From: Chlorokybus atmophyticus
Taxonomy: Eukaryota; Plantae; Mesostigma and Chlorokybus algae
DNA length: 64,000 nt
Assembly: GCA_009103225.1 (NCBI GenBank)
Contig: RHPI01003642.1
Location: 1 to 64,000 of the forward strand
Direction: 5' to 3'
The position numbers and the translations under genes are program-made. Each line of letters starts with the position of its first letter. Position 1 is the stretch's first letter. A model generated the notes under the pieces. That model was not told the origin of the DNA and searched no databases. It saw only the letters and a program-made list of their open reading frames with translations. This document shows, piece after piece, positions 1 to 13,038 of this stretch.

Positions 1-182
1 GCGCGCCGCTGCCGGCCCCACAGGTCGCGTCGCCGCGATAGGCAGGTCGCGCTCTGCCGCGCCGACTGAACTGGTCAGTTCGGCGTGACTGCCATTAGGC
101 AAGTCGTGACCAATCGATGATGGCACTCAGAAAGTGACCATTTACGATTATTGGATCGAGAAACAACGACCGCGGAATTCGT

Positions 183-255
183 GTGCGAGGCAGGAATCGA
201 ACCCGGGTCTCAAGCTCCGATGACCAATGTCACAGCCCACTCGACCACAAAAGAC
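183..255 (-). pseudogene. tRNA-derived element (pseudo-tRNA or SINE head) with Pol III box A and box B
   Basis: Minus strand reads GTCTTTTGTGGTCGAGTGG...AGACCCGGGTTCGATTCCTGCC: box A TGGTCGAGTGG and box B GGTTCGATTCC at tRNA-like spacing. Acceptor and anticodon stems do not pair, so it is not an intact tRNA. Confidence 0.6.
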
Positions 256-348
256 TTGGTGCTTTTATGGTCGATTTGTGGTAATTTAATGTACCTTCCC
301 GTTACATTCCCCCCCACTTAAGAACGCTGACGTCCTCGGCAGCTGGCG

Positions 349-732
349 NNNNNNNNNNNNNNNNNNNNNNNNNNNNNNNNNNNNNNNNNNNNNNNNNNNN
401 NNNNNNNNNNNNNNNNNNNNNNNNNNNNNNNNNNNNNNNNNNNNNNNNNNNNNNNNNNNNNNNNNNNNNNNNNNNNNNNNNNNNNNNNNNNNNNNNNNNN
501 NNNNNNNNNNNNNNNNNNNNNNNNNNNNNNNNNNNNNNNNNNNNNNNNNNNNNNNNNNNNNNNNNNNNNNNNNNNNNNNNNNNNNNNNNNNNNNNNNNNN
601 NNNNNNNNNNNNNNNNNNNNNNNNNNNNNNNNNNNNNNNNNNNNNNNNNNNNNNNNNNNNNNNNNNNNNNNNNNNNNNNNNNNNNNNNNNNNNNNNNNNN
701 NNNNNNNNNNNNNNNNNNNNNNNNNNNNNNNN
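349..732. other. Assembly gap (N run)
   Basis: Run of N. Confidence 1.
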
Positions 733-1184
733 GTTAGGAAATCTAGCGTGAGCCAATCACAGCTCAGATAAGGTACCTATCGATAAGGTACCTATCCAAA
801 GATACCTATCGTAAGGTACCTAACGAGATAGTGATCACATTATATCAAATGTGACACTAAATAGGCTTGAATATATATATATATATATATACGCGGTTCT
901 ACACCCATTGGGACTTATTTAAGCTATGATAAAGCATCATAGCCTTTAATAAGCGAGGAACCGTAGAAAAGAGGTATAAATAAGTATATTTAAATACTTA
1001 TTCATACAAAATGTGTTATTCAGGTAGCAATAATACCCCTATTATTATTGTTCCCGTTACAAGCACCATCAAGAAGGGTGGTGCATTGTCGTCTTGAACA
1101 CACGTGCCTGCGCGCGCAATACTTGCAATAATTCCTTGATAATACCACACACACAAGGGAATCAAAGGAGAGCCCCTCCTAACA
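733..1184 (+). mobile_element. LTR (solo or 3-prime LTR) of an LTR retrotransposon, about 453 bp
   Basis: Begins (N)GTTAGGA and ends TCCTAACA, an 8-bp terminal inverted repeat with TG..CA ends if base 732 is T. Contains U3-like tandem repeats (767-824), CCAAT, and an (AT)10 tract at 871-890. No PBS follows; the left flank is hidden by the gap. Confidence 0.6.
767..824. repeat. Four tandem near-palindromic GATAAGGTACCTATC-like units inside the LTR
   Basis: gataaggtacctatc x2, then caaagatacctatc and gtaaggtacctaac. Confidence 0.85.
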
Positions 1185-1907
1185 GCTTCAGCCAGGCACA
1201 CACACGAGTCGTCTCAAGCTTGTAAGTGTCACGCCTAAAGGGCTAGCAAAATTTATGTCCCTTACTTATGATGGTAAGAAGAGACTACGTGGGTTTTCCA
1301 TTCCATAAGCATGTGTAGTGCTTGTGGGATGCGCTCGCATCCAGGTGTACTCTTGAACCTATATGGCCCTGAGTGTGATAAACTACACGAGGCATTGTTG
1401 AGGGCTAGCACAGAGCTAGTCAATGTGTGAGGCCTTCGGCCTAAACCTGTGAGTTGCCACAAGATGTGACAGCTCTAAGACAAAAAGCCAAGTTGGCAAA
1501 CCATATGATTATACTATGGTAGTGCGATTTGCCACTGTGGTGATAGTCGCAAGGCTAAGTGATGCATGTGGGCAATCCGCAAGTGCTACGTATACTGTAC
1601 TATATTACGGTATCTTCTAGTTAGGAGAGCCTATGTTTGTCGAAGTTTCGAGGTAGGATTGTTCCTCCAATGGCAAACCAATGGAGTTTAATATTCGCGA
1701 GGTTGATGTCCTGTGATGGACAAGGTCGGCTTGTATCGATAGGTCAGCACGCAGCGACCACGACTTGAGGGCCTTGAACACTCTGTGTGCCATGTCGGGA
1801 CAGCAGCAAGTGGTATAAAGGCTTCAAGTGACTAGCAACCTTGAGTAGGGATTGGAGTGTGTTCACCACTCAAGGGCCACTTGCGATTGGGGTGCCTAGC
1901 TAGTAGC

Positions 1908-1948
1908 TGTTGAAGGGGCTCTCCCCCTCATCCCTTGTGGAGTGTGGT
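1908..1948 (-). mobile_element. End of a related LTR in opposite orientation
   Basis: 1905-1948 is an imperfect inverted copy of 1144-1187 and ends ...GAGAGCCCCTTCAACA on the minus strand. The other end of this LTR was not identified. Confidence 0.4.
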
Positions 1949-4486
1949 GTTGTGTGTGTGCATGTGGGTGTGTTGGGCGTGGGTGTGCCTGGGGCTGAAC
2001 CTGTGTGAGCGGTTGGTGGTCAAACTCTCCTTCTTTGGTGCGCTGCAGCAACTCCCTGCACGGTGGTGCTGAAGGGACTTCCGCTGTAAGTCCTTAATTC
2101 ATAAGTTTGCCAAGCAAACCAGCAAGTAATCGTTTCAATAAGGCCAGCGAATTATCGCCACTGTGGCTCAAGGTGGTAGTCACACTTGTATACTACTCGC
2201 TGCTCTTCAACCTGGCACATACATTGTCCGAGGCCAACAAAACTGTGGTCAGCGCATAGCTGACCTGCTAGCACATGCTTAACTCGTCCACCCTCGGACA
2301 CATCAACATGGGAAGTCCTGCTGCCTATGCATGGATACTTAAACGCAACCGTCTGAGGGAGTAAAGTGTTAATTAGACACAAAGTATCTGATGCGAACTT
2401 AGGTTATCGTCTGCAAGATTTGGCATATACCGCTGCACTAGTGCATCTTGAAGTAAACAATTTTTACATTTTTTTACATGCAACAAGTGAAGCGAAATCT
2501 ATAAATACCGTAAATACCGTAAAATTATCAGTTCTTGTTTTGTCTTGTAATCAAATTATCTGGTTAGATAGTAAATGTTCCACCATGCACGCAGCTTTCC
2601 CTGTTAATTTAATGTGTTTTTCCGGTGTAATGCAATGGATTGCAATGCAATGCTGCTCGCGGGAACGTAAAGGTCGATGTATAATCGGCTCCTTGATACA
2701 ATAACCTTAATACTTACCTAATTGTGTAACAAATTAAGTAATAAATAAAGTTTGCATTTAGCATCAAACGCCTGCAGGTAATCGTTTTTCTTGCTCAATG
2801 CCGTAGCAACGGTGCGCTTGACACCGACTAGTCATATACTTACTGGTAGACAGTGCCATCTCAGCTACAGGCTGTAGCTGAACTGTTTTTATGCACAGAG
2901 TGCTCAAGCACTGCGTTCACGAGCACGTACTACGGTATGCGAAGTGCTACATACGGTATGCGAAGTGCTACACACACAGTATTCATACAAAGTCCTTGCT
3001 TAATTTTCTAAAAAGTTCTCACCACATAAGTAAGGGGCTAAGAGTGATTCAAGCCAACCCGTTGCGTTTAACATGATCATTTGCGCACTACATGATCAAC
3101 AATCTTACCTTGAAATTACAGACTTACGCTCTCTTTGTACACATGTACGTGCGGACAGCCAACCAACATCACTTGCCTTGCTGATATGTCCATGGCCAAT
3201 TGCAATATTACAGTGCAGGTCCTGTGATTCGCTCGTGGCTCACTTGATAATTGCCAATTTTTGTGGCAGTCCATACTGATACACATGCGCATCAAGCACT
3301 ACACAACCCGACAACCGAAATCTCCACTTGCTTCTTTTGTGTTACATATGTATGGGACGGAGACTCTGATGATTTTTGCCAGCGTTGTCGGCGTGACAAT
3401 GAACTCAAATCTTACTCGCCAAGATCATTGTGTATATCTATGTGCAGCACGTTGCTGCGCAATGTGCTTGTATTACCACTTATTAAGTCAACGAGCGGCA
3501 TTTAAACTCGATGAAAGGGTGCATACTACTCACTCTTTCATTCAGGGTGCGTAGTATGCACCCTTTTATGGATGCGCACACATTCACGAACCTGTGTTAC
3601 TCGTTTTGCACAGGTACATGTTGTCACGCTGCGCTGACACTTTAATGTAACCTCGAATTGCACATGTGCTGCACCATCAATCTACAGATTTCAGCATCAT
3701 TTCTCTTGTGTTGCCCTTTGATCTTGATCTCATAACGCAGGTGTCTACATCAATACGTTTATACATGAGTAATCATATTGTTACAGGCATATTTTTACAT
3801 GAGATACCTATATCAGCGGAGTGCGTTTAGCCGATTTGTGCATGTTGTTGCAAGGAATATATAATGCATATTCTTAAGCTTTAACAAGCATTTTAGTCAT
3901 TCATGTCTTTTTAATGAATGTTTTTTCAATTATTTAAAAATAGGAATTAGCAATGTTTGTTGCTTATTTCGTAATGCAAGCATGCAGTCATGTTGCTTTT
4001 TTTATATTTTTACAACTTTACAATATATTCGTGCAAAATTTTGCTTCATTTATTCTTCAGCTATCCGTGCTAAACCTCAACTTCAAACTCATAATACCCG
4101 ACATACCAACACCTGAATAAGGGTGGCCACTAGCTGCCATAATTAAAGAAAATTGCATCGAAAGTATGTTCAACAAAAGGGATAGGATTATACATGTTGA
4201 ATAGGATGTCGCCGACAACTGCTGAACACACGGCATGTTACGCGATCTTTCGTAACCGGTGCGTAACCGCGCCGTAACGCAGCTTATCTTACCGTATGGT
4301 TTGGCCTTACCGGACGATGATCGTCCGGTGAAGCCGTCCAGTGGGACCGCCGCCCCGCTGCGCGGCGCGGCGTCCGGTCAACCCAGTGCAACCTGTAGTT
4401 TAGGCGAGAATACTATGAGTTACGCTACGTTTTGTGGGGTTCGCGGTGTCCACCGTGTCTCGTGGCTTCCCCTGCTACATAATTCT

Positions 4487-4591
4487 ATGCCCCCCCGATT
4501 TTAGAACGCCCCCCCCAACAGAATAGCCCCCCTCAAATTTCGGGGGGGCACTGTGTAAAAAAGGGGGCACTGTGTTCGAGTGAATACGGTA
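4487..4591. mobile_element. Tc1/mariner-pogo-like DNA transposon terminus
   Basis: Ends TTCGAGTGAATACGGTA (reverse TACCGTATTCACTCGAA), with two direct GGGGGCACTGTGT subterminal repeats and inverted C-tracts. Partner end not found. Confidence 0.4.
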
Positions 4592-5843
4592 TTTGTCTTG
4601 TTATCGTTTAACCGTGTGTTATTTTCTGGTTGTGATGTAAGTACATAGTCCATCCTCTATGCAGTGACCACATATATTGTGAGCCAGTTGTTTAATGCAT
4701 ATATGACAAAGGTAGTGCTTCAATGAAGTGACAAAAGTACGGTGTAGTGCTCTACACTCTGTTGACAGATGTATTTCAAAGCTTATAATAATCCCACTCA
4801 TAGCTCATAATTCTTAACACTATGAAAGCAGGTCATTGCGACAACGGTCATTGGAGACTTGTAATGTTCATGCAAGCATTGCATTAGCTATATAATGCAT
4901 TATTTTTTCACCATTCCTTCATAGCACTGCAAGTTTTAACGGAGTTTAACTATTCATGATGTACATGGTAAAACATGTTGCTTGCGTGTTGAATATTGCT
5001 TTGCATTGTGATGTGAGATGTAATCACAATACGTAAATGATGGCTATAACGTGTAACTCATCATGGCTTACATTATGAAAATCATTATCTGTCGGCAACT
5101 CATTAAAAACCAATTTTGATATAATGTGTTAATATAAGCAATTTGTTGAGCGTAACAGTTTTGGTACATATTTGATTTTGCTTGTTAATGTTGCAGCAAT
5201 CTGCTAGGCTACATAACGGTTGCACAAGTGAACAAAACAAGTCTTGTTGGCTCATATTGATTGCAAGGTGAATGCATGCCTTTCATTTGCTTTACATTTT
5301 CAACATTGATGCTTGCACATGCTGCATTGTGTTTCAGCGCCATTTCAACCCTTATTAAATCATCGATAATTGAACTCAAAGTTGATACTATGAACTCAAT
5401 TGACATAAATGTCATTTGACCATACACAGCAGATCGTATGTAGCATGTATGTATTTGTATGTGTATGCAAGTTGTTGCTCACGCTATATGATTACTATTG
5501 GCAATGTAATGCAGGCTAATGGACATGATGCACTTATACGTACATTTATCATTAACCACACGTGCGAGGTACCCGACCAACAAGTATTGAAAGAGGCTTG
5601 CCTTAATTCCAATAGGGAAAGACTTCTCAAAGTGGGATAACATCCCATGTAAGCGAGTTGGGCCGGGCTCTGCACAAAGAGCACATGGTGGATTCTCTTA
5701 ACCGCGTGTGCAGCGTCAACCAACGTGACGTCCCTTGTGGAATATGAGACGTCACCAGGCCAAAGTAAGCGCATTTGCAAGGCACGGCATCCTAAGGCGG
5801 CGGCGGTGTCGGCGGCGGTGTAGCTAGCGGAGGCTACTTAGCC

Positions 5844-7131
5844 ATGGCGCAGCCTCAGCAGGTCAGGAGTTTTTGGCATCTACGAGGCGGTGTGCTATCT
5901 GCTGCTGACTGTTGTTCTGGGTTGTCTGGGTGCTTTTGGTCGGTTGTGTTTGATCAGGCTGCATGGCGTTGTGTGTTTGCAGCGTTCTGCATGGGGCTTC
6001 TTTTAGCAAACTTGTTTTGCCCAGGTGATCATCAAGCATGTGGTGCTGTTCAAGTTCAAGAAGGACACGCCAGAGCAGAAGATTGCCAGCATCATGACGG
6101 AGCTGTCGCAGTAAGCCATCCTCCCCCCCCTCCCTTTCCCTTTTCCGTGTTGCTCATACTGTCGAGTCTTGTCTCTCCCGCCTTAATGGCCTGGTTCTTA
6201 CTGCGCTGTCAACCCCAAGACTTTTTGCACTCTGATGTCGGAGTGCTGAGCGTCTTTAGCTCAATCCTTGCAAGGGGTTTTGTTTGATCATGCATGCATG
6301 CATGTACGGAAGCTGCTTGCATGCATGCATGCAGGATCAACGCGCTTTCTCGACAACACGCGTTCTATGGCAATACACACTCGCATGCCTCAGCGGCAGC
6401 GAGTACCAAATAATGTAATGTCCCGAGAATGTAGCTGCGTGCTGCTGGAAGGCAACTTGTAACTTTTGCGGACAATTGTAGCATGTGCCTGGTACAAGCT
6501 GTACAGCTGCATGCACCGTGGTCCTTTTCTTGCGTGTCCTCCCTCACAGCGGCTCATGTGTATTCTTGCCTGTACACTAGGTTGTCAGTCAGCCACAAAT
6601 ACCTTAGGCAGACCAAGCGTTCTGTTATTCATTCATCACTTCATGGTCTTGCAGGTTCCCCAATCACTTCCAGGGTTGCCTGGAGTTCTCTGGTGGGAAG
6701 TACTCCAGCCCAGAAGGCCTTAACAAGGTTCGTTGCATGCGTTGTGCACCTTGGGTCAACAGAGCAAGAGGGATTGCAGATAGGAAGCAAAAGTCAATAT
6801 CAGCAAGCAGACGCATTGCGGTAATTGTGTTTGCATCGTAACTTGCCTGCTTGGAACAGGATTTCACGCACGCTTTTTGCATGACCTTCGACTCGGTTGA
6901 GCGCCGTGACGAGTATGCGCTGCGCGATCAAAAGCATGAAAAACTCAAGGGGGAGGTACAAGTGTTGCACGTACCAGTCTTTGCTGCCTTCAACTATGCA
7001 TGAGTCAAGTGAACGAGCCCCGTCTACTTTGGCTGTATGTGCTCCAGATCGTCCCGCTTGTGGAGGGTGGCATTGAGGGAATCATCTCATTCGACTGGGT
7101 GGAGCCGCCAATGACAAGTTTGACTCTTTGA
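5844..7131 (+). CDS. Stress-responsive A/B barrel (Dabb) protein, 5 exons
   Basis: Spliced: MAQPQQ|VIIKHVVLFKFKKDTPEQKIASIMTELS..FPNHFQGCLEFSGGKYSSPEGLNK|DFTHAFCMTFDSVERRDEY..|IVPLVEGGIEGIISFDW. HVVLFKFK and FTHAF are Dabb hallmarks; all junctions GT-AG. Confidence 0.88.
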
Positions 7132-7644
7132 AGCGAGGGGGGGCGGATTTTGCACCAAGGCACAAGCTGCGGTACGGTTTTCCCTCCGCAAGGCTGGCAT
7201 GGAGTGTGCTGGAGCGCCAGTTGGCTACTGCTCCAGCCTGCCCGTTCCTCCATACATGTCTTCACGTATGCACCGGCACTATACCACTTGTATATCGTCA
7301 CCTCATGATCCTAGTACAGTGGCAAACCCATCGATATGAAGCTGTTGTGTTGGTTAGTGGAAGCACGCTGTGTTGCTTGCGGACAGTTGTATGTCTGAAG
7401 TAGGGAGAGACACCGCAGCCATAAGTAACTGGTATGAGGAGTGCTTTTGGTGTACAGGATTTGCGAGCAACTGATACAAGCATGAGTATGAGGTGTATAT
7501 GGCTAACTATCATTGCAATCTCACACGGCCGTGATTGAGTTGAGTGTCCATGCATGTACAGGATATGCGCGACACAATTGGCGACATGCATACCGTCACG
7601 CAGTATAGCAAACCAACCAGCATGCAAACAGTCACATGCTATGG

Positions 7645-7852
7645 CTAACGGGGTGTTGGTAGAGTAGGTAGTGAAGTTAGCTTGTGACAGTAGCCCGGTG
7701 GTCTACATGAACGGTGTTGACTGCATGTGGACATGATGCTGGGTCCATTGCATGTGTCATGCATGTGCATACGTGTTGCGCATTTTCTGTACACCACCAT
7801 TGGGCTACATTCACTGCTTGTTTATCCTATACCCCTCTCGCATTTTCTGTAC
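7645..7852 (+). repeat. Dispersed repeat, copy A
   Basis: CTAACGGGGT..AGTAGCCCGGTGGTC..TATACCCCTCTCGCATTTTCTGTAC, shared with 35301-35468 and, reversed, with 12181-12339. Confidence 0.75.
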
Positions 7853-8462
7853 CTACCACACTACACTATTCTAGACCTCCCTGGTAGCCATGCATACATG
7901 CATATTGTTGGTTAACTACCTGTGCCACGCACGAGCTGTATCATGCTTGTCGCATACATCACACTTGCATAACTCTGTACACCAATGCACCTTACTCTCT
8001 CACAATGCGGAGAGGGTTGGTACATATGCAACTCAGTCTTTTATAACTGCAGCCTCTACAATGACCTGGACGGCTCTTCCTTTGCACTGCCGGCACACGG
8101 TTGGCAAGCGCATGTGTTCGTATCGGTGATTGGTATAGTCTGTAAACTGAGCAGGCTGGCACTGCTGGGCATGCAATGCCTTGTTGTCCCATAAGACTTG
8201 ATGGACCAATGCAACATGTGGCACTGATAGCAGTCATAAAGCGACATTGCATGCTGTCATCTGTCCAGTGCCTGGCACGTTATCACGATCAATTGCATGG
8301 TCATTGCATGCGTGACCCTATGCGCAAGCATTACTGACTGACCTGCAGAGGTGCATGCAAATCTGCAACCATGTCGGTACGCGTGGACAGAAAATGCAAG
8401 TGATGTATGTGATGGGCGCAGGTGTGCATTCTAGCATAAAGGCTAGACAAGGGCATTGCACA

Positions 8463-9820
8463 TCAAATGGTTGAAACTGGCTGTTTGTTCCGTGCAGCAT
8501 TGCAGTCAGGGCAGAACCAAGCACCCTTGGGTCGATTGTCGTCTGCTATCCCAACACATTCAAAGTGGAACCACTCGATAGGGCACTGTAGAAGAAGCCA
8601 GTAAGCATATGACAGTGACAACGACTCATCATGCTCGGATAACAACTCATGCACAGACACACGAGCAAAGCCCTACAAGCACTCACCGTTGGGTTGTCGC
8701 AAGCAATCATCTGTCCAAAAGAGACACGATTGCAGTAGCAGTACGTAGGTTCGTTGGGATCGACAGGCATCTCAAAGGTGTCCAGAACAGTCTGCACATT
8801 GTTGCACAGTCAGTTGCTTCAAACAGTATCCACATTGGGGGCGTGCAGGCAAACCAGGTCATGGAGTCTCTTGCTGCTACCTGCAAACCAGCAGCGGGTG
8901 CGGCGGCTGCAGCAGCAGACTTCTTCGTGTCGCGCTTGCGCGCATCCGTCCCAACCTTCCTGGACTTGTTTGCATGCAGCTCTGCGACTTGCTTCTCTTG
9001 CGCTCTGCGTTCCTTCCGCAACTGCTCCTCCAGCTTGCGCAGCTCCCGGTCCAGCCGACGGATGTGACCGTCCACGAGGTCATATGCTGCCAGCGCCACG
9101 TTTACCTGCGTCAACACTGATAATGCTGTTCGGTCACGACACGTAGATGCAGCCATCGCTGCTGAAACAGGCAAACAGCCACAAAGCCAGCCCACATTGC
9201 CGCTGCTATGCGCATGTTGATGTGTGTGCAAATCTTGCATTTGCAGCCTCTCTCCACATATGCTGAGGAAGCGTTGATACCTTTTCTTCTGAGACGGAAA
9301 GGCATGCCTTGTGATCCCTGGCCACTGCTTCAGCCAAAAAGTCGTTGCCGAAGTCACTGGAAGTGGATGCTTCCAAAGGCTGCGAAACAGCAGCTAGCCT
9401 CGTGCGGCTCAGCAACTCGACTCGCATGTCCTCCAGCTATTCATAGTAGTACAGCATGCGTTATGTTGTACGCTTGCAAGACATGAACAACTCTGGCTTG
9501 TTTCAATCGCACAAGGGTAGTACGCTACCAAACAATGTGCTACAATACTCGGCAGAAGCGTACACGAATTGAAAGCCTGACCCTGATGCTTGTGTGCCTG
9601 CATACGATAATGTGGAGTGCACAACGTGACTCAACAATCAGACCGGAATCTTCAATTTCAATTCGCTGTGACACAATGACATCCAGAATCCACCTTGCAC
9701 CTTGGCCATCTTGTCCTGCAGCTGCTCGTCAAGCTGCCGCACATGCGCCAGCTTGGTCTTCAGGTCTAGCGGCAGCGCCGTCGCCCCGCGCACCCATTCC
9801 TCTAGACATGACGGCATCAT
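8463..9820 (-). CDS. ING: ING-family PHD finger protein
   Basis: N-terminal ING helix ([43 protein letters not shown]) and PHD ([25 protein letters not shown]|[22 protein letters not shown]). Confidence 0.93.
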
Positions 9821-10105
9821 GTATACCAAACCAACAACACAAATTCCCACCTAACCGCCACCGCCACCGCCTCCCACCCTGCATTAATCTAATGGCCAAG
9901 GTAGGGTTTCACATCAGACGTGTACCTACTCTATGCCTAAATTGTTGTCGCGGCGTCCAAGTCAGCCGGCTGCCCGCCCGCGCGGCCGACTGCGTCTCCG
10001 CACTGCGCATCGCAGAACATGCAAACTCGTAACGGGAGGGGACAAATGCGTGCCACATGGACACATCAGACTGATGACATCAGTGCATGCGTGACAGAGC
10101 TGTGT

Positions 10106-10130
10106 GAGCTGAGCTGAGCTGAGCTGAGCT
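10106..10130. repeat. (GAGCT)5 tandem repeat in the ING/RING divergent intergenic region
   Basis: gagct x5 read directly. Confidence 0.9.
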
Positions 10131-10382
10131 CAATTGGGGACAGTGGGCGGAACCGCAGTAGTGGTGGGCGGCGGCGGCGGAGTCGGTGTCTTGGGGATTG
10201 AGGGTGTGGTTGCGTGGTACATTTCTGTCGTCGGTGTTGTTTCCAGAAAGCATCAGGTGCTGTCAGGCAGCAAGCGTGTTATTGTGCCTGGGGTGTGCTT
10301 TGCTGCAGCAAGGGTGAGGGCAAGGGGGGAAGCTGAGTGCTTGGTTTGGTGGTTGTGTTGGGTTTGCTCTGTCTGGACAGCC

Positions 10383-11837
10383 ATGGCGTCCCTACCGTCG
10401 TCAGCCTGGTGGACGGAGGAGGTACTGGAGCCTGTGGGACACTGGCTGCTCCGGCAGTCACTCGTGCTGGCGGACGTGCTGCATTTCCTCTCGCACGCCC
10501 TCATAACGGCCTTCCTGGTGTTTGTCGCTGGGGTTGAGATTGGGCGCCGCCGCCGCGAGGCTGGCAGTGCTGCCGCTACTGCTGCCAACTCGCCCTTCCA
10601 TGCTGCTGCCGCTGCAAACGCCGACCTGAATGAGCCAGCTGCGCGCAGCGCCAGGTAAGCTTGGCACTGATGGCCACAGTTCTTGTGCTCATGCTTGTTG
10701 TCCTGCTGTAAGTAGCCATTTATGCGTTGTCTGTTGAAGTTCGTGGGCAATGGCATTCCGTGTTGGTGAGTATGTGTCTGTGCTGGCGGCTTATGTCTGT
10801 GTGCTCTGCATGCTATCAGACGCTCCAATACGCTGGAGGGGCGGTTGCGGGAGTACATTCGCCAACCTGACATGGAAGCCGGCAGCAAGAGCACACATTC
10901 AGACGTGTTGCCGGAGCTGTCGGATAGCTTGGGCAGCGATGATGACTATGTGGCCGTGCATTCTGATGGCGCCACCTCTGACTACGAACCTGAGACGTCC
11001 AGTTTCAGTGCCGAGGACGGTATGTAATGGTGCTGCTTCAAAGTGATGTCCGGTCGCAACAGTCATCATGCAGTTTGGCTAGCTGCGAAATGGGTACATA
11101 CCCTATGCATGTGTACTGCAGGTGAAACCGTGCAGCGGTTGCTAGTCGACGCCAACAAGCCCATCAGCGAGTTTGTCTCTGAGGTGAGTCTTCTGGGCAC
11201 TCTAACCAGTCCTTGCACTCAGACTGTTGTCTGATATGGCGTTGCTGTTGGCTGCAGGATTACGTGCAACATCACCATCCAAGTGCATTGGGGCACTGGC
11301 GCGCATCTATGCGCTGGCGACGGCTGCGCCAAACTTTGCAAACAGCGGCAGTGTTTACGAAACCCCTTCGCACTGGAGGGTCTTGGGTATGTACGCGTGT
11401 TGCCATGTGTCATTATCAGCGCTGCATAAGGTTTGTTGTTACTCTCTATTGCGCCCAGTATTGACTGTGCTGTTCCGTCGTGCAGCTGCGGCAGCGCGTT
11501 GCGCAATATGAGGAGCGGTTGATGTGCATTGTTTGCAGAGAGCGCGAACGAAGTTACGCCCTGCGCCCTTGCGGACACTTCTGCCGTATCCTACCATACA
11601 CTTGCATGTTTGTTGTCCTTGGCTGGTTGATCCCACCCCTGATAGCTTCTGCAGTTCATCTGTATTGCAATGTCTGTCATGGTCTCCAGCATGCGCTACC
11701 ACGCTTGTTGCCTTGACCAAACGTCAGTGTGTGCAAGCTGTGTGAAAGAGTACACCAAGCTGCAGGACAGAGATTCCTTCCAGCGTTGCCCGCTGTGCAG
11801 GGAGCCTGTCGATGAAGTGATCAAAACCCATCTGTGA
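10383..11837 (+). CDS. C3HC4 RING finger protein (putative E3 ligase) with an N-terminal hydrophobic segment
   Basis: Spliced C-terminus CIVCRERERSYALRPCGHFC|LCASC..RCPLCREPV; N-terminal HALITAFLVFVAGVEIG; about 6 exons. Confidence 0.78.
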
Positions 11838-12180
11838 GCAAAAGACCTTCCGTTGTATTTATTGTCGTCTGTGCCAAGGATATGTTTCGCATTGTGCTTG
11901 CTGGCGGTGATTGTTTCCGTGTACCGTTCTTGTACACGTGTGCTAGTTATTCGTTGCTTACATGTAGAATAGTGGTACATATTGTATACAGTTCTGTATA
12001 GTTATGTGATTTTAAAGAAACTGTTCATACAGCGATTCTTATTCGTGCTCGTCATTGCATGTGATGTCCATGACTTTGTCACCGCATGATAGTATATGCA
12101 AGCCAACCCTACCACACGCAACTACGTATATGTCGTTTCTGCTGGATGTGCTTGTCCTGGTCCTGGTGGCATTGCGCAAG

Positions 12181-12339
12181 TGTACAAAATATGCAATGCT
12201 GTGCGTGTGACTCACCATTGCATGGCCCATGCAACATACACCAGCACAGTCGCAGTCCACCATGGCAGCAACTTATTTCACCACCGGGCTACCTATACAA
12301 CCTAGGTAACTAGCTTCGCTATTGCCCTTACCCCGTTGG
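12181..12339 (-). repeat. Dispersed repeat, copy B (inverted relative to A and C)
   Basis: Plus strand has ACCACCGGGCTAC (12280-12292), ACCCCGTTGG (12330-12339) and TGTACAAAATATGC (12181). Confidence 0.7.
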
Positions 12340-12644
12340 TGTCACAAACTGACACGTGCTCAACCACCCCACCAACAGCCAGCAGCACAACACCAACTAT
12401 GCTTGCCTTCGTATGCATTGCGCACTAGGTCCAGCCTGTGCCAACAGTGGTGGGGTGGGTTAACTTGTAGCTTGCCACCAAACATTGACAGATGTACGTA
12501 AGTTTAGCACTTGTGCCATGCACTCGGCGTTACATTGTCACACAGTCACATCCGTTGGAATATCCAATCACGACAGCAACACCCGACATCGGCCACGAGG
12601 TCCGCCAGCCTGACACATAGCACCTTCGATTTCACGCACACGCA

Positions 12645-12648
<4 letters not shown>

Positions 12649-12677
<29 letters not shown>

Positions 12678-13038
12678 NNNNNNNNNNNNNNNNNNNNNNN
12701 NNNNNNNNNNNNNNNNNNNNNNNNNNNNNNNNNNNNNNNNNNNNNNNNNNNNNNNNNNNNNNNNNNNNNNNNNNNNNNNNNNNNNNNNNNNNNNNNNNNN
12801 NNNNNNNNNNNNNNNNNNNNNNNNNNNNNNNNNNNNNNNNNNNNNNNNNNNNNNNNNNNNNNNNNNNNNNNNNNNNNNNNNNNNNNNNNNNNNNNNNNNN
12901 NNNNNNNNNNNNNNNNNNNNNNNNNNNNNNNNNNNNNNNNNNNNNNNNNNNNNNNNNNNNNNNNNNNNNNNNNNNNNNNNNNNNNNNNNNNNNNNNNNNN
13001 NNNNNNNNNNNNNNNNNNNNNNNNNGAGAGAGAGAGAG
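12649..13038. repeat. (GA)n microsatellite spanning an assembly gap (N 12678-13025)
   Basis: GA repeats on both sides of the N run. Confidence 0.95.

Noticed and set aside
767-824. CRISPR-like palindromic repeats
   Set aside because: Units are directly adjacent without spacers, lie inside an LTR, and no cas genes are present in this eukaryotic context.
1227-1471. Possible solo LTR TGTCAC..GTGACA
   Set aside because: Flanks GTAAG and GCTCT do not form a TSD, and there is no second copy, PBS or PPT.
2152-2382. Short ORF with VYKCDY resembling RmlC epimerase
   Set aside because: Only a few residues match, the rest of the cupin is absent, and the start is not ATG.
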